The notes under the pieces are model-generated. The model was not told the origin of the DNA, did no database searches, and worked only from the letters and a program-made list of their open reading frames with translations. 64,000 bases of DNA, from assembly GCA_964188305.1 (NCBI GenBank), contig OZ076888.1, one strand, 5' to 3'. Positions 25,390 through 39,955 of this stretch are shown here, one piece after another. The stretch comes from Podarcis bocagei. Lineage: Eukaryota. Positions within the stretch are counted from its first letter, which is position 1. Every line of letters begins with the position of its first letter. The translations under genes and the position numbers were made by a program.

Positions 25390-28300
25390 AGCCAGCTGAC
25401 ACCCACAAGCAACAAGTTGCTGTATGCTGCCCAGTGACTCATAGGATAATTTAGTGCAGTAAAAGCTCTTCCTGCAAATAAGAGATGATGCTGCATATCC
25501 ACTGCAAACAACGGAGGGGTTACTCAACAGCAGTCCAGCCAGAACTCAATTCTTCCAGTACCTGGCATTCTCTTCCGTCATGGAAGAACTCTGAATAACC
25601 TGCATATGAATGAGTGCGAGAGTGAGACAAGGAGAGAGAAGTATTTAACTATTAATAGTAGTTGTAAGAATTCCTTTCCCTACTTTAACTGGCTCCAGAG
25701 GTCCCTGCAACCCCCAGCTCAGGGTTTATGTGCCTCATCTGCCTTGGCTTAATCACACAATTTTCAAGCGTAAACACACAATCCATTAGAAGTATTTTTT
25801 GTAACTCTCAAATTCTTTAATTAGCCATGCTTCTTCTGGCCAGAATTATTCCTTCAGTGTGATTTTTTTTATTGCTCCAGAAAGGCCATTTTGTTTATAC
25901 TTTATGTACACACAATCAAACTGAGGAAACACTGATCAGTTTTGATGCCACGCTAGGGACTGATTTGGCAGGGGAATCATGGTCCCACTGGCTAAACTGC
26001 CATGATGTTACAGAGGGGGCTGTACTTAAGCTGTCATTTTAGATTCTCAATTCTGAGGCCTATAAACATCCTATTTAAGTCAGGAGTTTGCCCTAGGGAA
26101 GAGATACAGCTTGGGTTATATTTAGGAAAAGGTTGCTTAAAAAAGTTTTGTGAAACCCAAGCCTAAGTGTTTTTCTTCAGAACGAAACTTAATGGTGTTC
26201 AGTGGGGCTTCCTACCAGGTAAGTACTGGATTGCAGGATTAAACACCTATCTTAGTGTGTTCTAGGGTAATAGGCCAAAATGATAATTGATTCTCTTCAA
26301 AGATAAGCATAACTTCCTTGTTTCATGGTCACCTATAAAAGGGACAAGTACATGGAGAATTGGGTTTCATAGGTATTTCTCATTGGACTGTACAATGAGT
26401 GGAGGGCTTTGGGTGTTTATTTTCTAACTTGGTACAGCCAGATCTTCTGGGTTAACAATTTTGATACTGTATCCTTCCTGAAGTTTCCTATAGATTTGTA
26501 CCAAATTTTCCTGACTCATACTGCAGAGAAATAGAAAAGGGTACATTAGTTAAAGAGATGCCTGAAAACCTGTTGTCTTGTTTCTAAATTGGCTTTAAAA
26601 ACAAAGTTTTCCAAAGAACATTTATTTCTGCTGAAATCATGTTTTCACTTTCCATTCACATATTTTGGGAAGGCATATCTGTTAATTTTAATGCATATTG
26701 AGTCAGGCCATTTCAGAATGTTTTGAAAATTCAGCTTGATGTATTACTGCAAACACAGGCATTAATTTTCAGAGTTCTGGTCTGATTTTGAGACAGCTAC
26801 ACTGTATTTCTAACACCATTTTGTGCAGACTTTGACTTTGTGTTTATAGGCAGTTTGACTAACTTTCTAGGAGAGGAAAGTGGTAGTAGCTCCATAGCTC
26901 ACTACTGAAAATGAAATCTGGCACTGCTAAAGCAGAAATCTACAACCTGAAACTATCTTCTGAAAGTTTCTGTTACAAAGTTTGTAGAAGGAAACATGTT
27001 GGTTCTCTTCCCTTCCCATCCCAAGAGAACGAGAGTCCACTTCAACTAGGCAACTGTTCAAAATACCATGTTCTCTTGTTGTGTATACTTAGGTTCTTCA
27101 GAACTTTTGTCACGGGCATAAGTGACCTTCAGAAATTGGTCAGAATTGTTGTATACTGATGTACACCAGAATTGGTGTACACCCATGAGCTGATGGCTAG
27201 GGAACTGGACCTCGAGCAAGTTTAGATAGATATGTGCTGGTGACATAAAGTAGCTCACAATAAACTATTTAATCCCTGTCAGAATCCTAGAAGCCTCACC
27301 TTTCACATTAAGTAAAGGACTTAGGATCACATGGTACACTAGTGTGGTCTGATGTTTAGGGACTACAAGGCAAAAATGCTTTGGGAGTCACTCACTTAGT
27401 TTGTAGTATTTTGGATGCTGTTGTGCTGTCGTGAGCACAATTCAAACGTGCTAACGTAAGCAAAATTGACTAACCGCTATTGCCAAATCGACTAAGCATA
27501 AAACACTGCAAAGTTGAAATAGGCCAAGCCATAGAAGGTTGTAACGAAATCTTGTAAGGGGTCCCTGCTTATGAGGAAAATCTTTTGGCATTCAAATGGT
27601 GTGCTATCACTCAAATGTTACTGTCAGATACCTAGCATATTTTCCCCACAAAAGCCATCCTTATTAGGCCTAGCTTTCACAAACAGCAGCTGGGATGATA
27701 AAGCTGTTTCTTGACTGCTGTGTTTAGGACTGCAATGGAGTCTCATATGACGGAATGCTCCTCTGTGCAAGAGAAAAAATCCTTGCACATAGAAAACTGG
27801 CATGTCAGGGAGGAGTGTAGAAACCTTCTGCCTGACGTAAATTTCCTATGTACATAGAAATGTTATTGGATGAAGGAGAATTCAATTATATGAGGCTTTA
27901 GAAGTCATTTCTAGAATCTAAACTGTCTGGCTTTTCTACAGTTTATCTTGGAAGCCTTGTGTTCCATAGTAATTTAATTAATGTAGTGAGGCTTTACACA
28001 GCTATACTGTCTCATTTGTTACTCTCTATAGTTTACCCTCTACCATATGCAGTAAAGAGCTGAGGAGTTTCCTATCTGAGAAATGAAAGAATCCATGGAG
28101 GGAAAGCCAGAAATCCTATGAAATGTTAATCTGGAAGTGGAAAAAAAATCTTGTGGGTTTTTCAGGAAGGATCTGTGAGCTGGAGACTAGACTACAGTCT
28201 TCTGTGGCTTTTGATAGTTTGCTGCAAAGTCCACACTGATGTTACATTTTTCCATAACCTTTTAAACGTTTTGTTCTGCATGAGCATTCCTTTAGAGAGA

Positions 28301-31300
28301 AAGAACTGGTCCAAAGTGTATTTAAAATGACTGTCTTGTAGGGTTTGCAGAGTATTCAGATTTCATATCTGCCTGAAAGTACCCACAAATTACTACCTTG
28401 GCAAATCAAAGGTAAAGTGTCTTGCTGTTTAATCAGTAACAGTTTATGGCAGTAACTGCTAGAAACTATTATTGTTGGCTTCCCAGAGGACTTAATGGAA
28501 TGGAGCTTGGTCTCTCCGTATTACTAACTTTTCACTGTGGTCACTTATGCTGACCATTCCTCCCACCCTAAGACAAGGCAGGAAGAGTTTACTTTGCACT
28601 CTTGTTCTCCACTTGCTAGTTACTAAACTGGCTAACAGGAAACTGGAGCTTTGGCTGTTCTTCAGTTGGTTTGCACCTGCTGCTTAATCCCTTCAGCACC
28701 TGGAGCTGTAAACACCATTCCTCGGTTGCTGTGACAATTATTAACTTTCAGTGCAGCTGTTGCACCAGCCATGTGCCAGGACAGTGCTAACCTAGCCATC
28801 AGACCAAATGGCAACAAAAGAGCCATTCCAGAGGGTTTACTGTCTCAATATGAAGCACTCAGTAAGTAAGTGAGCAAAATATAGATGGGCTGTAGAATTT
28901 CACATGAGAACACTGCAAGCTATAAGAATATAGTTTTAGCAAAACAAAAAAATTCTATCCCCACTTCTGTGGGTTTCCTCTCCCCCATGGCACTGACATT
29001 GGTAGCAAGGGAAGTTATAAAAACAGAATCCACTCCCCTCTTCAAAGCACACTCATCGGCTGTGTTTGCATGTAAGGTTAAACCATAGTTAATATTTAAC
29101 TGTGGTTTAATGTGAATGAGCAGCCTGCTGGTGCACACTGCTCAAAAGTCCCTGCTTTGCTCCTCCCTCGCTCCTGGCTGCATCATACTAGGAGCAACAA
29201 ACTACAAGACTTGACTTGTCATGTTGTCCAAACCCATGCTCCTGGTTTGTTCGGGGGAACCAAGCCATGCGTTAAAGTTTAGATGACACACCACCTGTGG
29301 ATTGTTGCTCCCAGCTCATTCCCGCACACTGCTCATTTGCATTAAACCATATTACACATGTCAATTTGAAGCTGAAGGGGCTGCTCAAAGTGCTAACTGG
29401 CTGGACATTTGTGACACCATGAAACAACCTCTGCCTGTAATAATTTTCAGCTTCAGAATAAATGATGGCTCTTTAATCATCAATAAGTCAGGCACTGTAT
29501 GATTGTTTAAATGCAAGGTCCTACCAGCAGCACTTTAAAGATAACAAGAAAGACAGGCAGCTCAGCAGAGAAGGGTGAGGGTGGCCTAGAAACCAGTGCT
29601 CACTGCAAAGAGAGAGTGTGAGAGAGAGAGTCTAAAGAATGAGGGTTATTGAGCTTACCCCACAGGGTCAAAAGAAGCTTGCTCCTTGTACATCTGTGTG
29701 CACCATTAGACACAATAGCTCAGGATTTTGTTTTTCTGGTGTGTAAATCTGAACTTTGCCACTAAGCCAGATGGTTGGTTGGACAGAGATGCTCTACATG
29801 CACACTGCAAGCTTCTTCAGCATGTTTTGCACTGCACCATGATCATCCACTTAGCTTTGCAGATCTGGAAGTGTCAGGCACTTCTATGGCAGATGAAAGC
29901 ATGGGTTTCACATCTGCATGCATGCTGGTGGAGTTCATTGCTGCTGTAGGGATTGCTCCATCTCATCACACTTGTGTTTTTCTAGCAGCAGGGAGAAAAT
30001 CATGAACTGTTTTAAAGAAAAGCCCTCTACACATAAAAGCAAGGGAAGTAAGGGTCAGAAAGCAAATGTATTTGCAGAAGTGTTTTTAATGGCTTGGGGC
30101 AAAAATGTGTTAATGTTTAATGTTTCTCTACACCACTACCATCATTGTACTTTATAGGAACAGAAAGAATACCTTCATATTCTGGCAGCCCTATGTTACT
30201 GTAGCTTTTCCTACCTTTAGTTGTTCCGTCTCTTTTGAATCCTCCTTTGCTGAGCATCCAAAATGTCAAACAGAAAATGAGCCTGTAGCTGATGAGGGTT
30301 TCAAAAGGATCCCTAGGCTGACCTGCCTCTCAGGCAATTAACCCATGGGCATTATGCACTTTTCAGCTTCTTCATTTCATACACAATTATTTTTTCCTCA
30401 GATTGCTTACAGACCATAAAGTCGTAATAAGTGGTACATTAGCTTTACAGTATCATTCCAAGGCTGTCATAAAGGTATGCCTTTTCTACTTTCTGCCAGC
30501 CAGCTAATAAGGAGGTTGGAGAAGTATTCTGAAGTACCCGTTCCATCTACCTACTTTTATGATTCACTGTTGAAATGTGGAAGCCTGATAGCAGAATAGT
30601 GTAATGAATGCCAGCGTGTGAAGTAAATGTTTAAAGGGCTCAATCAAATACACTTTAATTTCAGAAAACAGATTTGTTTAAAAGCACAGACCAGAATCTG
30701 CTTACCAGCTGATGGTTCTGGTTTTGCAAACACTTCTCTTACTACTCTCCTCGCCCTCCTGCACACATTTCCCTTTGCTTGTTTCTTAGTTTGGGTTGAA
30801 ATCAACATGGCTGCTGTTTTCTTTCCTGGGCCCTGATGGCAAAGGTCTGCATTCATCACTGCTCCTCTACATAATGGAAAAGGAGGGGGAGAATGGTTTG
30901 AGTCTTGTTGACAATAGTGCATGTTAGTGTAGGCCCTTCAATAAGAGAGGATAGCCACTGCCAGCCCTGGTTAATATTCTGGGGAAACACAGGAGTGTGC
31001 AATTGTCTTCAAAGGATCTGTTGGCTCAGGTTTAAGCTGAGTATCCCTTTCGCTAGTTTCCCTTTCAACACTGAACAGAATCTCAATTCTGTATAAAGAC
31101 TTCACCTACTTTAGGGAAAGCGAAACCTATTAAAGTGATAAAACCAGTGAGTTAATTCAAAAGATTCTGTGCTCTGATTGCTGATGAATTACACAGTCTG
31201 GGGCCTGGCTTTTCTGGAGCTGCAGTTCACAATTTAGCAGGATCAAACTGCCATCGTGGAAGAAAGCTCCTAAAAGCCACGGGCTTTGTGGCCCAGCCCC

Positions 31301-31729
31301 CATTCTTAGGGCCATTCCGTGTGCTGGATCCTGGGTGGGAGGGCTCAGGAGCATAGCATTGGTGTTCAGTTCTAGCAGATCAGATTGTCGCTGCTGCTAA
31401 ACACAGCAAATGAGACTTAAAGGAATAAATTAAGGTAATGTTACACTCCAGGTTTGCCTTTGCCTTCCTTCCTTGAGACTGTTTTATATCGGTAGGAACC
31501 AGAGTTCACTGTTAAAGCAGGGTGGATTTTTTTATTTTTTTTTTACATGATAGTGCTCTTGTTGTTACTGTAGTTTTATAATTTGGATGGCTGTAATGCT
31601 AGAAAACAAAATGAGTGGTTTTGCTTTTGGAGGACCTAATCCTTAGACCTGCTCAATTTTAATTCTGACTGCTGAGGCTACTTTTACCAGCTTCAGCTGA
31701 GATGAACCTTTTTGTAGTTCATCTACGTG

Positions 31730-31779
<50 letters not shown>

Positions 31780-32830
31780 CTCAACAAAAATCTTAAGGAC
31801 ATTGCAGAAGCTGTCTGAAAATGGCTTGCCATTCCTGCAGTGAAATTCTCAGTACTTTGTAGTATGCCTTTTTTTCTACCAAAAAAACAATGGGAACCTA
31901 AACTAGCAGAGGTTTTAAAAATATTTTATATTAGTTTCTAATGTATATTCTTACATTATCACAGTGCCGGTGTGTGTTCACCTGCGCAAAACTACTTTTT
32001 GTAATATTTTTGTGATCACAAAGCTTTGTTTCCCTCCTGTGTATTCAAAGTGCATTAAACTTGTTTGCATAGTTGTGTCTTGTGTGCATTTATTGAGTGA
32101 TTGCAGAACTGATAAATGAGACTTTATACTCTAACTCTTGTTTAACTTTCTCATTCCAGTGCTTTACAAGCTTCAGCCAGGTTAGGGGGCCCTTTGTCTG
32201 CACACAAACGTAAGAGCCTGGGCCCCAGCATTTGCTTATCAACGGTCCTCTGATGTGGTCTGTTTCCTTTTGCACAATATGATCTGCCTCAGGAGAAGGC
32301 TTGTATTAATAATTTCCATGGCACTTACTTTGAAGTGGTAGGTGCTTTTACAATTTTTTATCAGTTTTACCCTCACAACCACAGTTGCACATTAAGTTGC
32401 TCTGATTAACGTTTTTGTGTGTACTATATTTGGATAGGGTGGATATACCATAACCGCTGTGGTCGAGAATGGATTGAGTTCTGTACTCTGATCAACGACT
32501 CCAAGGTTCAAGTCACACTCCTACAAATCACATTCCCATGGGTAGTAGTGGCCACTTGTGCTGTTACCACACTGTCACTGAATTGCAGATGGAGCGTGAT
32601 AGTGATTTGTCTTAACGGCAATCATTTGTGCATTAAATTGGATCCTAAAATAATGGCTTGCAGACAAGTGTTCGAAGTTTTAATGTCTATAATAGGGCTG
32701 TTGGGGTTTTTTCCTCTGCAAGAAAGGACAAAGAGAATGAAGGTGATTAATATATCATTTATATTTCCAAGCTTCCTTGCAATGTATCTGTGAAAAACAC
32801 CTGGGCTTTATTAAAGTAATAACAGGCAAG
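25390..32830 (+). other. SUFU: Putative long SUFU 3' UTR (end uncertain)
   Basis: Follows the stop codon and lacks recognisable young TEs. Candidate signals: AATAAA at 27259, 29457 and 31424; ATTAAA at 32054 (followed by a GT-rich tract) and 32810. Confidence 0.4.
31734..31777. repeat. (TG)n microsatellite
   Basis: Direct reading. Confidence 0.95.
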
Positions 32831-35800
32831 TCTTGGCCTTCACACAAAATGAAACTTATTAGTATACACAAACGTCTTCTTCATCAAACATTGCAGTTTA
32901 AATGAAGACACCTTCCTCAGAGGTTAGAAATACTCACTGAGGCTTGGTCCCACCATAACACCCTATTTATTCTGTAGAGAGCCTGACTCCTACAGAGAGT
33001 CTTCCTTTCTTCAGCCTATGTTGGGGACGGTTAGCTCTATCAGACTAGATCAGGGGTTCGGAACCTCAAGCTCAAGAGCCAAACAGGGCCTTTCAGACCT
33101 CTCTGTCTCCAGGCTATACTCCTCACTGACATTGCTTTGCACCCAAATGTTTTTGCTTGGCTGCAGTGTGTTTTGAACATTGATTGTGCCTCTTGCTTTT
33201 CTGGATTTGGTGGGGGGGGAGGGCTGTGCAAATGTAAAAACTAGCCTACCAGTGTACAAAGGTAAAAAATTATGTTTGTTGCCCCACCTAGCATGCAGGA
33301 GGATGTGACACACTCTGAGAAGTCCATATTCCTGTACAACTCCCACAGTCAATTGTGGAGGTATCATGTGAAGCATGCTGTGGCACACCAGACACATCAT
33401 GCCCAAACTGCACGGATCCCCCAGTCTGCTGTACTTTGGGTGCATAGAAATACTGTGGCTCCTCACTGGATCTTGTTTCTCACTTTAGGGCATCATTGCT
33501 CTTGAATGGCAGAGGCCTATAGCATTGGAAGTTATTGCTGCTAGGGAAGATTGTGCCTCATGTACCCAGGGGTCACTTTGAGGACCAATAGACGCATATT
33601 CCCTCTGCATTTCAGTGTTGCTAAATTCACATCTTTCCCCCCAAAATTGTAAATAAAATCTTTCTGTCATCCAAATTTCTAGCTACAGTACCTGTCTGAA
33701 TTATGATTCAGTGAATCTCAGCCCTGATGAGTTTCTCTGTGTTTTTACAGCCACATTAGAAACCACACAAAAATGGCGCTTATACGTTATAAAGAGCTAA
33801 AGGAAATTGACAAGATGGAGCTCCTCTGTGCTTCATTCATGCCTGAAATTGAATTGGGAGACTCCCAAAGTCAACAAGTGGTACATCCACAATTTTAATC
33901 AAAGATCCTTAGCAGCCTAGCATTGCCTGTGGGTTTGGGTCAAAGGAGGACATGGAATCAATTCCACATAGATAGGGCTGTGAGGGGGTGTCTTGTTTTT
34001 GTGTTTTTGCATCGCTATAGTATCTGGTGTGGGATCAGCATCCTAATTCCAGTGTTGAATGTGGAGGAGAGCTTTAATGAAGGCTGGACAAGTACTTGCA
34101 GTATTCAGCAAATGAAAGGTGAGGGAAGAGGCCTGTACAGTTACTAGTTCATCCTCTACAGCTGCTCTACAGCCTTAGAGAGTGTAGAGTGTAGGTTAAA
34201 AGCATGAACTTTTTTTTGGGGGGGGGGAGCCATTTCCATCTATGTCATCAAGGATCAGGGAGAACACATTTAAAGTTTCACTGAGATGGTATTTCACTTT
34301 CAGTAGGATATATAATCATCTCAGTTGGAGTCGCAGAGGTTGAAACATCTTTCCACATGTGGTGGCAGTGTACAAGGCTCCAATCATTCTGGTCAAATGC
34401 TTTTAGGTGAGTCCTACATTTATATTAGCAGTCTTTCAAAATGATTTGGCAGAAGTAACAGTTAAGGAGCTAACAATTTTCCTCTTGAAAATTGCTAGGC
34501 CATTTATAACCTGGACATGAAAAACAGAAGAGGGGTCTGCAGTTGAGCGATGATACACACAAGTGTGGGATATTGTATTACTATAAGAACAAATGCAAAA
34601 GTCTAAAGGCTTCAGAAGGGAATTAAGACAAGGAATATTTTATGAACTAAGGTATGAATATATTTCATATATAATTGTAGGTGATCTGAGAACCACCTGA
34701 TAATTGGAAATTGATGGCAGGATTTGTTTATTTGACAGGGAAGCCGTTTCGATTCCTCTGTTGGACTTTATCCTCATGTTTATATGGATTTTGTTACTGT
34801 TTGATATTCCCTGGGATAAATATTAGTGTTCTTAATCAAAGGGGGGGTGAACTTTATTGGAAGACTAACAGTTCAAATCTCATCTCAGGAACTCTGTGGG
34901 TACCCATAGGCCAAAGGGGGGGGTAACCTAGGGCTTCGAAATGATTGATGCTGGACAAAATACACCATCATCCCTGAGCATTGATGGAGCTGATGGAAGT
35001 TGGTAGTCACAGGTTTATAAAACTGTAGAATTGGAAGGGATCCTGAGGATCATCTGGTCCAACCCCTTGCAAAGCAGGAATCTCAATTAAAGCATACATT
35101 ACAGATTTATGCTTTAACATCTGGAGGGTCACCAGTTCCTCACCCATGCTTTAGGCAAAGCCCTGATTTAGGCTTGTTACTGGACCCTTACAGCCCACTC
35201 CTGTCTCCTTCATGCCATTCAATGCCCAGTTCCTTACTAAAAATTACAGATGTTTCCATTACCGTATATGAAACTGGAAAGTGGTGCATAATACAAGATA
35301 CCTGCAGAGTTGGTTCACTCTTAACTCATACTCTGGGATTTATTTCAGTGCAGAATTTGGAATTTCTTTTTGTGTTGAATGCATTTAGGGCATTCTCTCA
35401 TGATACGGAAAGTTAGATCTTGCCGACACACAAGATAGTAGGTGCATACAGATTAAGAGTATATCTACACGGGTGTGGGAGGTACAGAATACCAGCAAGA
35501 ATGGGGCATTGATTTACTCAGCCATTTAGTAAGAGTTCTGTGCTCACCACCCTCAGGCAATGCGCATCTGGCCTATGGCACAAAGTTAATATTTCAACTG
35601 CTTTGAGGTTGGGCTGAATGCTAAATATCCACTGAGGCTGGAGGAGGCATACACCTGCAGCATACAGGCAGCTATGGGCTTGCTCTTGCAGACCAGCCAA
35701 CATTTACCTCTTTAGGCAGCAGTCAACTAATAATGGGGCTGACGCCGTTTCCCTACCACTTCCAAATCTTTTCTACTATCCCAGAGTGAATTCTAGTTTT

Positions 35801-36149
35801 TGATTGTTTCTTCTAAAGGGCCGCAGAACGTTTTATTGCCACTGATTTCCTTACCGTCGTCGTAAAGTTCAGACATGCTTTGCAAGAGCTGAGCTGCTCA
35901 GTCTGCAATTTTTTTTGCTCTGAAGCAACTGAAACAAGGAAAAAATAAGGTAATGCACTCCCAGGCATTGATCCTAGCAGCAATGAGAGAAGCAAACCAT
36001 AAATGATCTAAAGGGAGGGGAGCACAAGGAGCTGCTACTAGTATAGTAGCTGTGTGATCCTACTAGTCCCATCTGGTCCATTGGTGGCAGGCTGTTGCAG
36101 TCTTCTGCAAAACATGCATCTGGAAGTGCCCTTAGGCATCTGGTCAGCC

Positions 36150-36350
36150 TTAACATTGGGCAATATGAAACGGCTTGGTTTTTGAAAAAGGCCAGTTCTC
36201 GTGTTGCTGCCCTCCGGACCTCTTGTGGAGGGGGAACACAAACAAGGGCCTCAGGTGATGGTCAAAGGGTCCAGTCCTGTGATTATATGGAGAGAGGCAG
36301 TCCTTGAGGTATTGTGGCCTTGGACCGTTTAAGGCTTTATAGATCAAACC
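36150..36350 (-). mobile_element. L2 LINE ORF2 C-terminal fragment
   Basis: Translation IYKALNGPRPQYLKDCLSPY resembles the L2 ORF2 C-terminal motif YKALNGLGPxYL. Confidence 0.65.
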
Positions 36351-37293
36351 TGCACTTTATAATAATAGTATACTGCTAATTTATTTTATACCTTGCCCAT
36401 CTAACTGGACTGGGTTGCCCCAGCCACTATGGGCGGTATCCAACAAAGATACCCCAAAAAAGTATGCCTCCTTTAGAGCCAAACTTTCTTGCAGAGGTGG
36501 AGATTTTCCAACTAAAAAATAAAAGACCATTTCCCTCCCATTTCCCTCTGCCTTATTCTGTATCTTGCAAATGGAGGAAACTGAACCCGGTTAATTGAGC
36601 CAGACCCCTCTCCTTGTGCAGTGAAAAGGCAAGACCAGACTAACGTTCTGTCGGTCACAGCCTGGAGGATACTGGGTACAGCTCTTGAACTGCCTGCGTG
36701 CCTTACTATCTGCTCCAATGGCCTGCCCCCAGTTTTCACATCCTGTTCTCCTTCCTTATCAGGGCTTAGGGGCAGGGCGAGCTGGGGCATGGGGCACTGC
36801 AGGGTGGCTGAGGAGGGGGCAGCGAACAGACACAGGTCCCACACTGCCTTTTCAGACAACATGGTGCCTGTAGCTGCCCAAGCCACCGTGTCACTCCCAG
36901 GAGAGATGCATGGCTCAGGTGGAGCTGCAGGTACTGCTGTAAGTGCCGCCCCCACGGTAAGTGGCCACCTCATGTGACCCCCCACAGTGTTCTTTATTCT
37001 CATTTGTGTTTTTTTAAAAAACAAACAAAAAGTATTTGAATTCTAGATCTTGGAAGCAAATGTTCTCTGCAAAATAAATGCTGCATTGCACAGTTTTGTT
37101 TTGGTTTTTTTGCATATTTTGGCACACACAAATCTCATTGTGCTCTGATTATGGTAACTACCTGTGAATGGACCCTAGTTTTCTGGTGCCTTGCAAGCTA
37201 ATCCCTGAGATTCAGTTTTTTAAATAGTTTTTGAAAGTGTGTTTCTAGCCTTCGTGTTTACTGCTATGTTTGGCTACGTGCAACAAGCCATGC

Positions 37294-37651
37294 GGGACGT
37301 GGGTGGCGCTGTGAGTAAATCCTCAGCGCCTAGGGCTTGCCGATCGCATGGTCGGCGGTTCGAATCCCCGCGGCGGGGTGAGCTCCCGTCTGCGGTCCCA
37401 GCTCCTGCCCACCTAGCAGTTCGAAAGCACCCCTAAAGTGCAAGTAGATAAATAGGTACCGCTTTCTAGCGGGAAGGTAAACGGCGTTTCCGTGTGCTGC
37501 GCTGGTGCCGGCTCGCTAGAGCAGCTTCGTCACGCTGGCCACGTGACCCGGAAGTGTCTCCGGACAGCGCTGGCTCTCGGCCTCTAGAGTGATATGAGCG
37601 CACAACCCTAGAGTCTGGCAAGACTGGCCCGTACCGGCAGGGGTACCTTTG
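37294..37651 (+). mobile_element. Full-length Sauria SINE
   Basis: GGGACGTGGGTGGCGCTGTG head, ggttcgaatcc B box, ctagcagttcgaaagcac and gtagataaataggtacc cores, taccttt tail. 11-bp TSD ACAAGCCATGC (37283-37293, 37652-37662). Many intact CpGs suggest a young copy. Confidence 0.93.
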
Positions 37652-38279
37652 ACAAGCCATGCCGGATAAAGGTGCTGCATGCGGCTTTTAAAGGGCAGGC
37701 GTTAGTGCAGGAGCTTAGGCATTCCTGTCATCTCCACAACACCATTTTACTGGGAGGAGCCTTCTCTGAATATTATCGTCCTGCTGGTATCTTGGGACCC
37801 AGGATCATCAGCTGTTCATCTTCATTTGCTAGATTCTCATTCACTTGGTTCCCTGCTCTCTCCCTAGCCAGGCTGCCTGTGCCGCGTGGCTGTTTTCTCA
37901 ACTCTGCCTACACAAGTTGTGTTTGTGAGGGCTTAGCCAGATTACTAAGTAACACTTCCTGGAACTTGCTATAAGCATTCACTTGGCCCCCACACAGTAT
38001 TTGGTTTCCTGCTTTGGCTAGCCTGAAACCTATTAGGAGCTTTAACATGTAGATTCTTCTGTTTAAATAAAAACACAGCAGTTTCTCTCTTTCTCACCTC
38101 CCACCCACCTTCTCCAGGTCAGAGTCACAGTCCTGCTTAAGAAAGAAAGAGAGATTAAAGATCTTTCTTTTGAGTTATAAAGGTCTAATAAACAGACTGG
38201 CTGTGGGGAAAATAATTATCAACAGGTAAGTCATTTTCACAGCCCCAGGCTGGCTGAAAACACGTTAGGATCATTGGGG

Positions 38280-38400
38280 CCTCTTTGGTTAGCGTGTTGG
38301 GACTAGGACTTGGCACACCAGGGTTCAAATCCTGACTCAGCCATAAAGTTCACTGAGTGACCTTGGGTTCCTTGGAGGAAAGGAAAGGTGGGATATATAT
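38280..38400 (+). mobile_element. Degenerate MIR-like tRNA SINE
   Basis: ggttagcgtgttgg...gggttcaaatcc...gagtgaccttggg motifs. Confidence 0.45.
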
Positions 38401-39059
38401 ATATAGAAAATCTCCACGAGAAACGCCCTGAAAGCCCTGCACATGTCAGCTATTGTCGCAACACTGTTGAATGCAGTATTCAGTGACTCTCAGAAAAATT
38501 GTGTGTGCTGTAACTTGATAAAAGTGCATGGCAGCCTAGCAGCATCAGCACCACAAAATGCCAGGGAAGAACAGGTGAGTGAAGATCTACATCAGTTGGG
38601 GGGGGGGGGAGATAAAGATTTACATTGGAATCTACTGCTGTTGTGGATCCTGCCGCCTGAGGCAATTCCCTACCTTGCCTCATGGGTGGGCCAGCCTTGC
38701 AGCCTAGACACAACTCGGTGTCCTTGGTTCTGTGTCAGGAAATACACCTTCTTCCTACAACTACCATGAGCTCATCTTCACTATACAGTCAAGGCAATGG
38801 CTGCTCCCAAAGGACTTTGGGAACTGTGGTTTGTTGAGGGTGCTCATGAGGGGGAAACGACTGTTCCTGGGATTCTTTGGGAGAAGCCATGTGCTTTGAA
38901 AGAATGATGCGGCTCTGACCTTAGTGAAGAGGCCCAGAATATCTTCTAGCTCTTTGAGATGGACAGAGCAACCCACATCTATGAGAGGAGGAGACATAGA
39001 GTACATAGGTGGATAAGAAACTAATGAATTACAGGCACAGGCTATTTGTCCATCTAGGC

Positions 39060-39195
39060 TAGGCATCCCCAACCTTCGGGCCTCCAGATGTTTTGGACTA
39101 CAATTCCCATCATCCCTGACCACTGGCCCTGTTAGCTAGGGATCATGGGAGTTGTAGGCCAAAACATCTGAAGGGCCGCAGGTTGGGGATGCCTG
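39060..39195. mobile_element. hAT-Charlie-type palindromic MITE
   Basis: TAGGCATCCCCAACC...GGTTGGGGATGCCTG TIRs; perfect 8-bp TSD ATCTAGGC. Confidence 0.9.
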
Positions 39196-39777
39196 ATCTA
39201 GGCAAACCCAAGATTGCTTTCCAGGGTCTTGGGCACTTGCTACCTGATTCTTATAACTGGAGATGCCCTGGCTTGAACCTTAGCCCTTCTTCAGGCCAAA
39301 CACCTGCTCTCTACTCACTGACCTATGGTTCCTCCCCAGTCTTTCTCTGATCACAAAGCTGACTTCATTGCTACTTTTTCTCCTAACTTAGCCTTCTTTC
39401 CTCCCTCCCTCCCTCGTTTTGCTTTCCCTTGGATTTTATACTGAGAATTTCTCTTAGCCCCTTTTTATCTTCAATGAGCTTAGCAGGCATTCCCTAATTA
39501 ACATAGAGGTTAAACCTAAACTCGAGTTAATTTGGGTTATTGGAAAGCAGCTTGGAATTTTGAAGGTGCAGGCGTGTGAAAAAGAAGGGAGAAAGATGGG
39601 CAAGAAACTGGGGCCTTCCTCTGCAGCTGTTTGCACTGCAGACAACTCCCTGCAGGGTACCTGTCAGATGTCAGGCAAGAGATCATAAAGGCAGGTGGGG
39701 GATGAGACAGGCTGGCAGGTCAGTAGCAGACAGGCTGTGAGCAGGTTGACCGTAAGCCAGAAACCTGGAGGTATGGA

Positions 39778-39955
39778 ACATGAGCTGCCTTGCACTGAGT
39801 CAGACCTGTCTAGCTCTGTGTTGCCTACACAGACTGGCAGCAGCCTGCAGGATTTCCGGCACTGGTCTCTCCCAGCCTTACCTGGAGATGCTGGGGGTGG
39901 AACCTGGAACCTTTCGCATTTAAACCAGGTTCTTTGTCACTTAGCTATGGCCCTT
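39778..39955 (-). mobile_element. Squamate tRNA-derived SINE (Squam-type)
   Basis: Reverse-complement similarity to 42435-42645. Confidence 0.6.

Noticed and set aside
36512-37024. 170-aa ORF and other 100-170-aa ORFs (19211, 33050, 40218, 60435, 61324)
   Set aside because: Mostly non-ATG starts, no recognisable homology or splice context; expected by chance in six frames.
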